Below, piece by piece: positions 1 to 9,832 of a stretch of DNA of 64,000 nt. Location: contig NC_043023.1 of NCBI RefSeq assembly GCF_006345805.1, positions 13,144,001 to 13,208,000 of the forward strand. Direction: 5' to 3'. This DNA comes from Octopus sinensis. Its lineage: Eukaryota. The notes beneath the pieces were generated by a model, which saw nothing but the letters and a program-made list of their open reading frames with translations, had not been told where the DNA came from and did no database searches. The translations under genes were made by a program, and so were the position numbers. How positions within the stretch are numbered: position 1 is the first letter of the stretch; each line of letters opens with the position of its first letter.

Positions 1-309
1 TTATTTTGTATTATGAATTTCAGGTAAAATATTTTACCTTCGCCCATATAATACAATAAATGAATTGCATTGCAATTCATTTATGTATTAGCCTTTCTGG
101 GTACTTTACTGGCAGTATATTGGATAAATGATATCCCATAGTGGGTTACACTCATAACCCCCATCTCACTTTATATATCAAATTAAATACACAACTGAAA
201 GCGCTACGACTTGTTTCATGCTGTTACGATACTTGAACAGGAATATTTATAAAATGCGCCATGTATCTTAAGAGCATATAACCAAAGAAACCAAGTCAAA
301 CCCACATTT

Positions 310-506
310 GACTGATATTTGTCCTCATCGTGTTGTTCACACAACGTTTCAGCTGATATATTCTCCAGCCTTCATCAGGTGTATTGGGGAAGTTTTAAAA
401 CCTGGGTTCTCACTCCTAAGGTATTTCCCCAAGACACCTGATGAAGGCTGGAGAGTATATCAGTTGAAATACTGTGTTAACAACAAGATGAGGACGAATA
501 TCAGTC
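310..506. mobile_element. Palindromic (fold-back) element, probably Penelope-like-element derived, with a hammerhead motif in each arm
   Basis: Left arm GACTGATATTTGTCCTCATC...CCTTCATCAGGTGTATTGGGGAA is the near reverse complement of right arm TTCCCCAAGACACCTGATGAAGG...GATGAGGACGAATATCAGTC. The element is absent from the homologous 3' flanks of B and G. Confidence 0.65.
338..383 (-). ncRNA. Candidate minimal type-I hammerhead ribozyme
   Basis: Minus strand reads UACAC-CUGAUGA-A-GGCUG(gagaauauau)CAGCU-GAAAC-GUU-GUGUG. It has an intact core, a 5-bp helix II, a palindromic AACGUU helix III and helix I ACAC/GUGU. Confidence 0.6.
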
Positions 507-659
507 TAAAGTAAATAATTCCTAATCTCTCAAATATAGAACTACACAATCCAGGTCTGACTGGTCCCTGGAGAAGCACTCTGACTTGCCAGCACCTGTC
601 ACACTTTCCCATCTATGCCTGCATAGAAAATGGATGGTAAAGGATGATGAAGATGATGA

Positions 660-960
660 TGATGAAATCACAACAAAGACAAATTCAATGTCACTCAAAA
701 CTTTTATTCCTTATTCCCATTCCTTTATTCTCTCAAAACAAATTCCTCAAAAATCCAGCACAATCCTCTCCAGAAATCAAAGTCATCTCTGTGTTGATAT
801 ATTTAGATATATAAATGATATTGAAGTTGAGATTCATGAATTTCATGTTGACATCCAAGAAACTGAAGTTGATAATGTCAAGCTTGAAGAGGAATAAACC
901 CTGTCTTTTAGCAGACAAAATATTCATAATTGTTGTCATGGTGTAATAAATTTTAATACT
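660..960 (-). repeat. Conserved ZNF-cassette 3' element (3'UTR/polyA module) of gene A
   Basis: Reverse complement of 9840-10150; two AATAAA on the minus strand (TTTATT at 703-708 and 724-729). Confidence 0.8.
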
Positions 961-967
961 GATACGG

Positions 968-1100
968 TTACACTTGTGGATGAATACTCACACATGTACT
1001 TAAGAGGCCGTTTTTCAAAGAAGGACTCACCACAGATATTACAATGATATGGCTTCTCTCCTGTATGTGTAGCTTTGTGTTTAGTCAAGTCACCACTTGA
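968..1100 (-). pseudogene. Orphan duplicated terminal ~1.5 zinc fingers downstream of gene A, frameshifted
   Basis: [27 protein letters not shown] then a frameshift. The ~75-bp start of the 3' element occurs twice (about 886-955 and 1128-1203). Confidence 0.8.
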
Positions 1101-1216
1101 CAGCGATGGAGCTGAAGTGGATGACATCAAGCTTGAAGAGGAATAAACCCTGTCTTTTAGCAGACAAAATATTCATAATTGTTGTCATGGTGTAATAAAT
1201 TTTGATATTGATATTT

Positions 1217-2719
1217 TTACGCCTGTGTATGAATACTCACATGTCTACTTAAGTGGCTTTTTTGAGAGAAAGATTTACCACAGACATCACAATGATATGG
1301 TTTCTCTCCTGTATGAATCCGTCTGTGCCTAGTCAAATTGGTATTATGAGAAAACGATTTACCACAGATATCACATGGATATGGTTTTTCACCAGTATGA
1401 AAACGGTTGTGACTAGTCAGTTGAATCTTTTCAGAAAATGATTTACCACAGATTTCACAATGATAAGGCTTCTCTCCTGTATGAATAAATTTGTGACGAG
1501 TCAACTGACTATTTGTAGAGAATGATTTACCACAGATATTGCAATGAAATGGCTTCTCCCCTGTATGTGTATGTATGTGACTAGTCAAGGAACCACTTCG
1601 AGAGAATGATTTACCACAGATATTGCAATGATATGGTTTCTCTCCTGTATGAATACGTCTGTGACAAATCAAAGTGGTAGAAAGAGAGAATGACATGCCA
1701 CAGACATTACAACGATATGGTTTCTCTCCTGTATGAACACGTTTGTGACGAATCAACTCACGATATTGAGAGAAACATTTACCACAGATTTCACAATGAT
1801 AAGGCTTCTCTCCTGTATGAATACGTTTGTGATTAGTTAAAGTGCTACTATGAGAAAATGATTTACCACAGATATCACACTGATATGGATTTTCCCCTGT
1901 ATGAGTACGCTTGTGCCTAGTCACGTGGACACTTTCGGAAAATGATTTACCACAGATGTCACAATGATATGGTTTTTCTCCCGTATGTGTACGTTTGTGT
2001 TGAAACAAGACACCACTTCGAGAGAAAGATTTACCACAAATATCACAACGATATGGCTTCTCTCCTGTATGTGTACGTACGTGAAAAGTCAAAGAACGAC
2101 TTCGAGAGAAACATTTACCACAGATTTCACAATGATATGGTTTCTCTCCTGTATGAATACGTTTATGACTAGTCAAATTGGTATTATGAGAAAATGATCT
2201 ACCACAGATATCACATGGATATGGTTTTTCACCAGTATGAACACGTATGTGCCTAGTCAGTTGACTCTTTTCAGAAAATGATTTACCACAGATATCACAA
2301 CGATATGGTTTCTCCCCAGTATGAATACAGTTGTGCATAGTCAGATGATTGTTTTCAGAAAATGATTTACCACAGATATCACAATGATATGGCTTCTCTC
2401 CTGTATGTGTACGTCTGTGACAAATTAAAGTGTTTTTATGACGAAATGATTCACCACAGATATTACAATGATATGCTTTTTCTCCTGTATGTGTATGTAT
2501 GTGACTATTCAAGGAACCTCTTTCAGAGAATGATTTACCACAGACATCACAGTGATGTGGTTTCTCTCCTGTATCAATGCATTTGTGTTTGGTTAAGACT
2601 CTTTCTTCAGTAAATGATTCATCACAGACATCACAGTGATATGGCCTCTCACCTGAATCAGGTTTGTTTAGTTTTCTTAAATCATTCATTATAAGATAAT
2701 AATTTCTCATACGTATCAC
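1217..2719 (-). CDS. C2H2 zinc-finger protein A (17 finger units, first degenerate HKCID)
   Basis: 500-aa ORF of TGEKP-linked CxxC-x12-HxxxH repeats ending HVSIHTQA*. The track starts at GTG; first ATG is at 2710. Splice acceptor AG at 3106-3107 (minus). Confidence 0.95.
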   Translation of the reverse strand: MIRMRNYYLIMNDLRKLNKPDSGERPYHCDVCDESFTEERVLTKHKCIDTGEKPHHCDVCGKSFSERGSLNSHIHTHTGEKAYHCNICGESFRHKNTLICHRRTHTGEKPYHCDICGKSFSENNHLTMHNCIHTGEKPYRCDICGKSFSEKSQLTRHIRVHTGEKPYPCDICGRSFSHNTNLTSHKRIHTGEKPYHCEICGKCFSRSRSLTFHVRTHTGEKPYRCDICGKSFSRSGVLFQHKRTHTGEKPYHCDICGKSFSESVHVTRHKRTHTGENPYQCDICGKSFSHSSTLTNHKRIHTGEKPYHCEICGKCFSQYRELIRHKRVHTGEKPYRCNVCGMSFSLSTTLICHRRIHTGEKPYHCNICGKSFSRSGSLTSHIHTHTGEKPFHCNICGKSFSTNSQLTRHKFIHTGEKPYHCEICGKSFSEKIQLTSHNRFHTGEKPYPCDICGKSFSHNTNLTRHRRIHTGEKPYHCDVCGKSFSQKSHLSRHVSIHTQA

Positions 2720-3822
2720 AATGATAATGATTTTTTCAATTCTATGAATATATCTGTGTTCAGTTGTGTCAGTATTTTCAGAGAATAATTTAACACTGTG
2801 TTTCTTTCATCTGTGTTCTTGCTTAACATCTAAAACGGCAGATGTAAGCAGTTAAAACTTTTGTAAATTTATCCAAGCTTAATTAACCAAGCAATCACCT
2901 TCTCTAAACTCCAAACAGCGAAGACAACAAAAATGTTGCTCTTAATTCTATCGTAGAAGAAATATTTTCTTATCGTTTGTCATTGATGCGTTGATGAATG
3001 TGCCTTATGAATATATGGTCTTCCTTTAATTAATGAAAGTCAATCAAAATATCAGAGGCATGTCTAAATGAAGAGATTTCTTTAACGTCAACATGATGTG
3101 ATATTCTGAAATAGAAAAAAAGAAGCAGTGAGATAAAGAGAATCATTAAAAGTCATAGTAATTCTACATTGCAAATCTTACAACATCAACACTGTCATCC
3201 ATTTAATGTCTATGTCTACAGGGGTCGGGGTTCATTAAGGCATTGAAAGTTTTAAAACATATGAAAATGGTTGGAGGGTGAAATTTCCGTGGGTTCCACC
3301 CACTCCCTACCCCGTTTTCTCGACACCCCCAAAAGTGTTTCATGGCACGTAAGGTGGTCACCATAATTCATTAAACGAGAAAAAAACAAACAATTCCAAC
3401 GATACCGGGATAGGGGTTTCTCACCCCCTTTTCCTAATAAAAAGTAGGGGTTCGCCGTAATTTACGAAGTCAGGTGACTTGGGACTACATTCATCTTTTC
3501 ATGTTGTGGTTTAGACACTATCTTTTTTTTTTTTTTTTTGTGCCCCGGTCAGACGCTTTCGGAAATTCACGATGTGAATTTTCCGAGGCCTTTTCCCCCC
3601 GAGTCCCATTTCGCGCATTTTTCTTGTCATATTCGTTTAAGGCAAGTTGTTTTACACCTATTACACTATTTTCTTTTGGGTTTTTATAATCGGGTCAAAC
3701 GCTTTAATTTGATCCGATTATTTTTTTCCTTAGGGAAGATCGTGCAGGTGAAAGTATCAAAGCTTACCCGAAATTCTACTATATCCCACAGTCCCCGAAA
3801 AAGAATTTGGTAACAAAAAAAG

Positions 3823-5449
3823 GGTTAATATAGGGCGTAACAATATCAGAAAATCAAAAAAAAAATGTTGTAATAGGTGTGTAAAACAACTTCCTATGAA
3901 CGAATATGAAAAAAAAATTCGCGCCGCGAAAGGTGGGTGGGGAGAGGCCTCGGAAAATTCATCGGGAAGTTCCGAAAGCGTCTGAGGAGCTGACCCGCAA
4001 AAACAAAAAAAAATAGTGTAAATGTGTAAAACAACTTGCTCTAAACGAATATGACAAAAAAAATGCGCGCTCGCGAAAGGGGGGTGGGGGAGAGGCTTCG
4101 GAAATTTCACATCTTCAGTCCACGGCCTTTAAACTAAGAAAAAATAGTGTAATTGGTGTAAAACTACTTGTTCTAAACGAGTATCAAGAACACACACTCA
4201 CACATGAATCATAAACTCCGTATTTCGCAAAAAAAAATAATAAAGAGAAGAAATTCTGGAAAAAGTGAAGAATGTTGGATCTCATTCCTTGGTTAAAGCT
4301 ATTTTAAAACATTAAATTTATGCTTTTCTTTGAAATAGTTCAGATATATGCCATTCTTCTCACTTATTAAGATGCATTTATCAGAAAAAAAGAGACAGAA
4401 AAAATTATTATTTTGTGTTAATCCTTCCCTAATTATCCTTTATTAATTAGTTTTGGCGTGTATTTTTTTTCCCAATTTATTTTTTTCACCTTTACAACAC
4501 TGTTTAGTAAAGCAATTAATTATCTTTATAATTGCATATTTGACTTAATCAAAATTCTCTAGATGTAATATATACTAAGTAATGCATCCTTCATTTATGT
4601 GTTCCGTTTTGTATTATGCATGCGTGACTGTTTGTATGTAAGTGTGTTTTAACTGTGCACATGAATGTGAATATTAAAGAACATATTTATTTACTATGAT
4701 TGTTATTTTCAGAACAAATAAATCTTTTGGCTGTTATGTTATTGATGTTATTATTATTGCTAGTTAAAGGGTGGTGACTTGGCTGAATATTTTGAGTCTT
4801 GTAGTATGTAGTTGTGTTAGTCAATATTCTGAGTTCAAATCCAACTCATTTCTTTATCATCATTATCGATGGACCACCACTCAAGAGGTATGTATATTAT
4901 CATTTTCGTAACATAATTTCTGTAGTATTTCAAGATGTTTTGCTGACACGTATTTTGAGTCACATGGCGGAGATCCAACATTTCTTCACTTTTTCCAGAA
5001 TTTCTTCTCTTTATTTATTTTTTTTTGCGAAATACGGAGTTTATGATTCATGTGTGAGTGTGTGTTCTTGATACTCGTTTAGAACAAGTAGTTTTACACC
5101 AATTACACTATTTTTTTCTTAGTTTAAAGGCCGTGGACTGAAGATGTGAAATTTCCGAAGCCTCTCCCCCACCCCCCCCCTTTCGCGAGCGCGCATTTTT
5201 TTTTGTCATATTCGTTTTAGAGTCAAGTTGTTTTACACACATATTACACACCTATTTTTTTTTTTTTGGTGCCCGGTCAGCTCCTCAGACGCTTTCGGAA
5301 CTTCCCGATGTAATTTTTCGAGGCCTCTCCCCCACCCCCCTTTCGCGTGCGCGATTTTTTTTTCATATTCGTTCATAGGAAGTTGTTTTACACCTATTAC
5401 ACACATTTTTTTTTTGATTTTCTGATATTTGTTACGCCCTATATTAACC
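3823..5449. mobile_element. Foldback-like element: ~420-bp inverted arms (3823-4237 and 5019-5449) built of ~125-bp subrepeats
   Basis: Arms end in GGTTAATATAGGGCGTAAC / GTTACGCCCTATATTAACC and align in reverse complement throughout. A solo arm lies at 46130-46695. Confidence 0.6.
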
Positions 5450-5459
5450 AAAAAAAGTA

Positions 5460-5815
5460 TGTAATCAAAATTTCAGTTTGGAAGTTATTAATTAAGACGA
5501 GTAAATATGTTTTCTTAATTGTTGTCAGGTTCCCGCTTCGAAAAATAATTACTGTAACATCGAGAGGTTCACATAATTCTTTTCTTTACATTATCATTAT
5601 TATTAGTAGTAGTAGTAGCAGTATTATCACTTTTACAGCCTTAAAATGAATCTTTATCAACTTACCGTATTCACAAATAAGCAATGAGTCAGTGAAGCAG
5701 TAATTAAACACCTTAATTAAGAATTTAAAAGAAACGAGGTTGAGGTGCTGTAGAGGTTATTTCCCTTTAGATGATTGTATTTCTGCTATGCTCCAATAGA
5801 TGGCTCTACTGGAGA
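5460..5815 (-). promoter_or_regulatory. Upstream module copy (putative non-coding first exon with donor) oriented toward gene A
   Basis: Reverse complement of 6125-6420; minus-strand TACG|GTAAGT with GT at 5665-5664. Confidence 0.5.
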
Positions 5816-5879
5816 ATTTAAATACAATCATTTAAAAAGGAATTAAAATGTTTAGATTCAAATAATTGGGAGGAAATTT

Positions 5880-6075
5880 GGGATCTTTTCGGTTTGAACG
5901 GCAGATTTTTTAAATAATTTCCACGTAAATAAACACTTTTAAGCTTCGTATACGGGTAGAATGTGTTTATAAAACATCTTTTTCTCTCGACTTTATTGAG
6001 AAAATTCAATAGTTTCTAAGATATTTGCTGTTTTTTTCAATTTCAACCAATCAATGACGTCTATTGAGATGAAAA
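5880..6075. mobile_element. MITE family with GATCTTTTCGGTTTGAACGGCAG terminus, carrying a CCAATCAATGACGTC motif
   Basis: Related copies at ~19940-20140, 21400-21545, 30180-30530, 34010-34195, 34530-34790, 53520-53730 and 56390-56930. Confidence 0.6.
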
Positions 6076-6124
6076 TTTGAAAAAAGTTGAAGGGAGGTTC
6101 CTGACAGAAAGGGACAAAGAAAAG

Positions 6125-6420
6125 TCAGTGGAGCCATCTATTGGAGAACCGAAGAAATACAATCATCTAAAGGGAAATAACCTCTACAACACTTCAACCT
6201 CGTTTCTTTTAAATTCTTAATTAAGGAGCTTAATTACTGCTTCACTGACTCGTTGCTTATTTGTGAATACGGTAAGTTGATAAAGATTTACTTTAAGGCT
6301 GTAAAGGTGATAATACTACTACTAAACTAATAATAATCATGTGAATAATAGAATTCTGTGAATCTCTCGACGTTACAGTAATTAGTTTTCGAAGCGGGTA
6401 CCTGACAAGAATTAAGAAAA
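6125..6420 (+). promoter_or_regulatory. Upstream module copy (putative first exon with donor) oriented toward gene B
   Basis: GCCATCTATTGGAG...GAATACG|GTAAGT with GT at 6272; same orientation as B and 1.43 kb upstream of the acceptor at 7703-7704. Confidence 0.5.
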
Positions 6421-6421
6421 T

Positions 6422-6828
6422 GGCGATCTTTCGTCGGTTACCGTAAAAAAATTTTTTATTTATATATATGGGCTTGCGGGAACTTTTGAAGTAATATACA
6501 TACATATACACATACACCGAGTAAAAAATTTCAGTTATCTCTTTCTTTCACACATTACTCTGGTTCTTCACACACACTAACAGAAGCACTTCACTTACAC
6601 AACATACTGTCTGTCTCCCACACCCCATCAAACACACACACACACATATGTACATCAATGCTTCCCATGCACGGTAACTTCAAAAGAATTTCCCTCGTCA
6701 TACAATCGCTTTCTCTTAGTCTCTTTCGCTCTCATTACTTCAAAAGTTCCCGCAAGCCCATATGTAAAAAGAAAAATATTTTTTTTACGGAAATCGACGG
6801 AAAGGTCTACTGGAGACGAAAGATTGCC
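6422..6828. mobile_element. MITE with long terminal inverted repeats (GGCGATCTTTCG...CGAAAGATTGCC)
   Basis: TIR includes GGGCTTGCGGGAACTTTTGAAGTAAT / ATTACTTCAAAAGTTCCCGCAAGCCC; near-identical copy at 28917-29348. Confidence 0.75.
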
Positions 6829-7038
6829 CGTCCTGTTGTTTAAGAGGTTATACTAATATAGTAATGATGTAGGTTTGGAATTTTGCCGAGGCCTGCAGTG
6901 TTTGAGGGGAGCACGAAGTCGAATATATGGAACCCAGTATTTCCCGAAAGGGATGAAAGGCAAAGTCGACCTCGGCCGTATTTGCAGTCAGGAGTTTCCG
7001 CTGAGGTCGACATTGACTTTCCTTCGCTTCGGGGTCGC

Positions 7039-7069
<31 letters not shown>

Positions 7070-7312
7070 GTGTTGATGACAATAATCTTTTGTACTTTAG
7101 ACACAAGTTCAGAAAATTGGCGGGAGAAGCGGACGTCGCTTCCATGGACCCCTGTGCGCTAATGTTTCTTGTTTGTTTTTACCTCGAAAGGATGAAAGCC
7201 AAATTCGACCTCGATGGGATTTGAACTTCTAGAGTGTAGACGGACGAAATGCTGTTATGCATTTTGTTCGGCATGTGAACGATTCTTTTAGTATATCATA
7301 GAATTATATATG

Positions 7313-7487
7313 TATTGGGTTGTCCGGAAAGTTCGTGCCGATTTTTGAAGGAAAGAAAAAGGTCAAATACTTGCCAATACATTTTTAATTAACCAAATAT
7401 GAACCGTTTTGTTGCACAATGCGTCTCCATCTTTCCTTTAACTTGAAAATACCCTCTTCCCAGAATTGAGGTGGTTTCATGCCAAAG
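7313..7487 (-). mobile_element. Mariner transposon 3'-terminal fragment
   Basis: TA plus TIR-like TTGGGTTGTCCGGAAAGTTCGTGCCG. Minus strand translates FGMKPPQFWEEGIFKLKERWRRIVQQNGSYLVN*, resembling the mariner transposase C-terminus. Confidence 0.75.
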
Positions 7488-8083
7488 AAAAGAGGTAATG
7501 GGGGAAAACAGGTAAGAATTTAGAGAAATGTAGAAACGCTTCATCTGTGTACAGAATGTTGTAAAACTTTCAAAGCCTCAGTGAATTCTGACCCATGCAA
7601 ACATAGACATTAAATGGCTGACAGTGTTGATGTTGCAAGATTTGCAATGTTGAATTACGTTTAATGATTCTCTTTATCTCACTGCTTCTTTTTTTCTATT
7701 TCAGAATATCACATCATGTTGGCGTTAAAGAAATCTCTTCATTTAGACATGCCTCTGATATTTTGATTGACTTTCATCAATTAAAGGAAGACCATTTATT
7801 CATAAGGCACATTCATCAATGCATCAACGATAAGAAAATATTTCTTCTACGATGGAATTAAGAGCAACATTTTTGTTGTCTTCGCTGTTTGGAATGTAGA
7901 GAAGGTGATTGCTTGGTTAATTAAGCTTGGATAAATTTACAAAAGTTTTAACTGTTTACATCTGCCGTTTTAGATATTAAGCAAGAAAACAGATGAAAGA
8001 AACACAGTGTTAAATTATTCTCTGAAAATACTGACACACCTAAACACAGATATATTCATAGAATTGAAAAAATCATTATCATT

Positions 8084-9661
8084 GTGATACGTATGAGAAA
8101 TTATTATCTTATAATGAATGATTTAAGAACACCAAACGAAACTGATTCAGGTGAGAGGCCATATCACTGTGATGTCTGCGGTAAATCATTCACTGAAGAA
8201 AGAGTCTTAACCAAACACAAATGCATTGATACAGGAGAGAAACCATATCACTGTGATGTCTGCGGTAAATCATTCTCTCAAAGGGGTTCCTTGAGTAGAC
8301 ACAAACTTACACATACAGGAGAGAAGCCACATCATTGTGATATTTGTGGTAAATCATTTTCTGAAAGTAGTCCCTTGATTAGACACAAACTTACACACAC
8401 GGGAGAAAAACCATATCATTGTGATATCTGTGGTAAATCTTTCTCTCTAAATAGTAACTTGACTAAACACAAATATACACATACAGGTGAGAAACCACAT
8501 CACTGTGACATTTGTGGTAAATCATTCTCTCAAAGTAGTCCCTTGATTAGACACAAACTTACACATACAGGAGAAAAACCATATCAATGTAATATCTGTG
8601 GTAAATTATTTTCCCAAAATTATCACTTGACTAGTCACAACCGTATCCATACTGGTGAAAGACCATATTGTTGTGATATCTGTGGTGAATCATTTTCTGA
8701 AAGTGGTCACCTGGCTAGGCACAAGCGTACTCATACAGGTGAGAAGCCATATCATTGTAACATCTGTGGTAAATCTTTCTCTCTGAATAGTAACTTGACT
8801 AATCACATACATACACATACAGGAGAGAAGCCATTTCATTGCAATATCTGTGGTAAATCATACTCTAAAAATAGTCATTTGACTCGTCACAAACATATTC
8901 ATACTGGAAACAAAGCATATCACTGTGATGTCTGTGGTAAATCATTTTCCCAAAATTGTCACTTGACTAATCACATACGTATTCATACTGGGGAAAGACC
9001 ATATCAGTGTGATATCTGTGGTGAATCATTTTCTCAAAGGTGTCACTTGACTAAACACAAACTTACACATACAAGAGAGAAACCATATCATTGTGATATT
9101 TGTGGTAAATCATTCTCTGGAAATAGTAACTTGACTAGGCACAAACATGTTCATACTGGGGAAAAACCATATCCATGTGATATCTGTGGTAAATCGTTCT
9201 CTAGAAATAGTCAGTTGACTAATCACATACGTATTCATACTGGGAAGAAGCCCTATCATTGTAATATCTGTGGTAAATCTCTAAGTGGTGATTTGTTTAG
9301 ACACAAACGTACACATACAGGAGAGAAGCCATATCGTTGTGACATCTGTGGTAAATCATTTTCTGTAAGCGGTCACTTGACTAATCACATACGTATTCAT
9401 ACTGGGGAAAAACCATATCATTGTGATATCTGTGGTGAATCATTTTCTCATAATAGCTCTTTAACTTATCACAAACGTGTTCATAAAGGTGAGAAGCCAT
9501 ATCATTGTGATATTTGTGGTAAATCTTTCTCTCTAAATAGTAACTTGACTAATCACAAACGTACACATACAGGAGAGAAGCCATATCACTGTGATGTCTG
9601 TGGTAAATCATTCTCTAGAAATAGTCATTTGACTAGTCACAAATGCATTCATGCTGGGTAA
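8084..9661 (+). CDS. C2H2 zinc-finger protein B (18 finger units; first degenerate, 14th two codons short)
   Basis: 525-aa finger ORF; first ATG 8093; acceptor TATTTCAG at 7703-7704; ends at a premature TAA in a TGEK linker. Confidence 0.95.
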   Translation: MIRMRNYYLIMNDLRTPNETDSGERPYHCDVCGKSFTEERVLTKHKCIDTGEKPYHCDVCGKSFSQRGSLSRHKLTHTGEKPHHCDICGKSFSESSPLIRHKLTHTGEKPYHCDICGKSFSLNSNLTKHKYTHTGEKPHHCDICGKSFSQSSPLIRHKLTHTGEKPYQCNICGKLFSQNYHLTSHNRIHTGERPYCCDICGESFSESGHLARHKRTHTGEKPYHCNICGKSFSLNSNLTNHIHTHTGEKPFHCNICGKSYSKNSHLTRHKHIHTGNKAYHCDVCGKSFSQNCHLTNHIRIHTGERPYQCDICGESFSQRCHLTKHKLTHTREKPYHCDICGKSFSGNSNLTRHKHVHTGEKPYPCDICGKSFSRNSQLTNHIRIHTGKKPYHCNICGKSLSGDLFRHKRTHTGEKPYRCDICGKSFSVSGHLTNHIRIHTGEKPYHCDICGESFSHNSSLTYHKRVHKGEKPYHCDICGKSFSLNSNLTNHKRTHTGEKPYHCDVCGKSFSRNSHLTSHKCIHAG

Positions 9662-9832
9662 AAACCATATCAGTGTGATGTTTGTAGTGAATCATTTTCT
9701 CAAAATAACATTTTATCTAGTCACAAACTTATTCATATAGGAGAAAAGCCATATCATTGTAATATCTGTGGTAAACCATTCTCTGCAAATGGTATCTTAA
9801 GTACACGTGTGAGTATTCATACACAAGTGTAA
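9662..9832 (+). pseudogene. Two further in-frame decayed fingers behind the stop of B
   Basis: In frame after TAA: [56 protein letters not shown]. Confidence 0.85.

Noticed and set aside
1253-2613. Plus-strand ORFs ([16 protein letters not shown]..., [10 protein letters not shown]...) and similar ones at 31977, 37584 and 38466
   Set aside because: Antisense or alternate-frame shadows of the 84-bp finger repeat.
7664-7861. Leader ORF RISHHVGVKEISSF... shared with 37014 and 47024 as an N-terminal domain
   Set aside because: In-frame stops in A and D copies and no continuity with the finger frame; treated as 5'UTR, though a fossil coding origin is not excluded.
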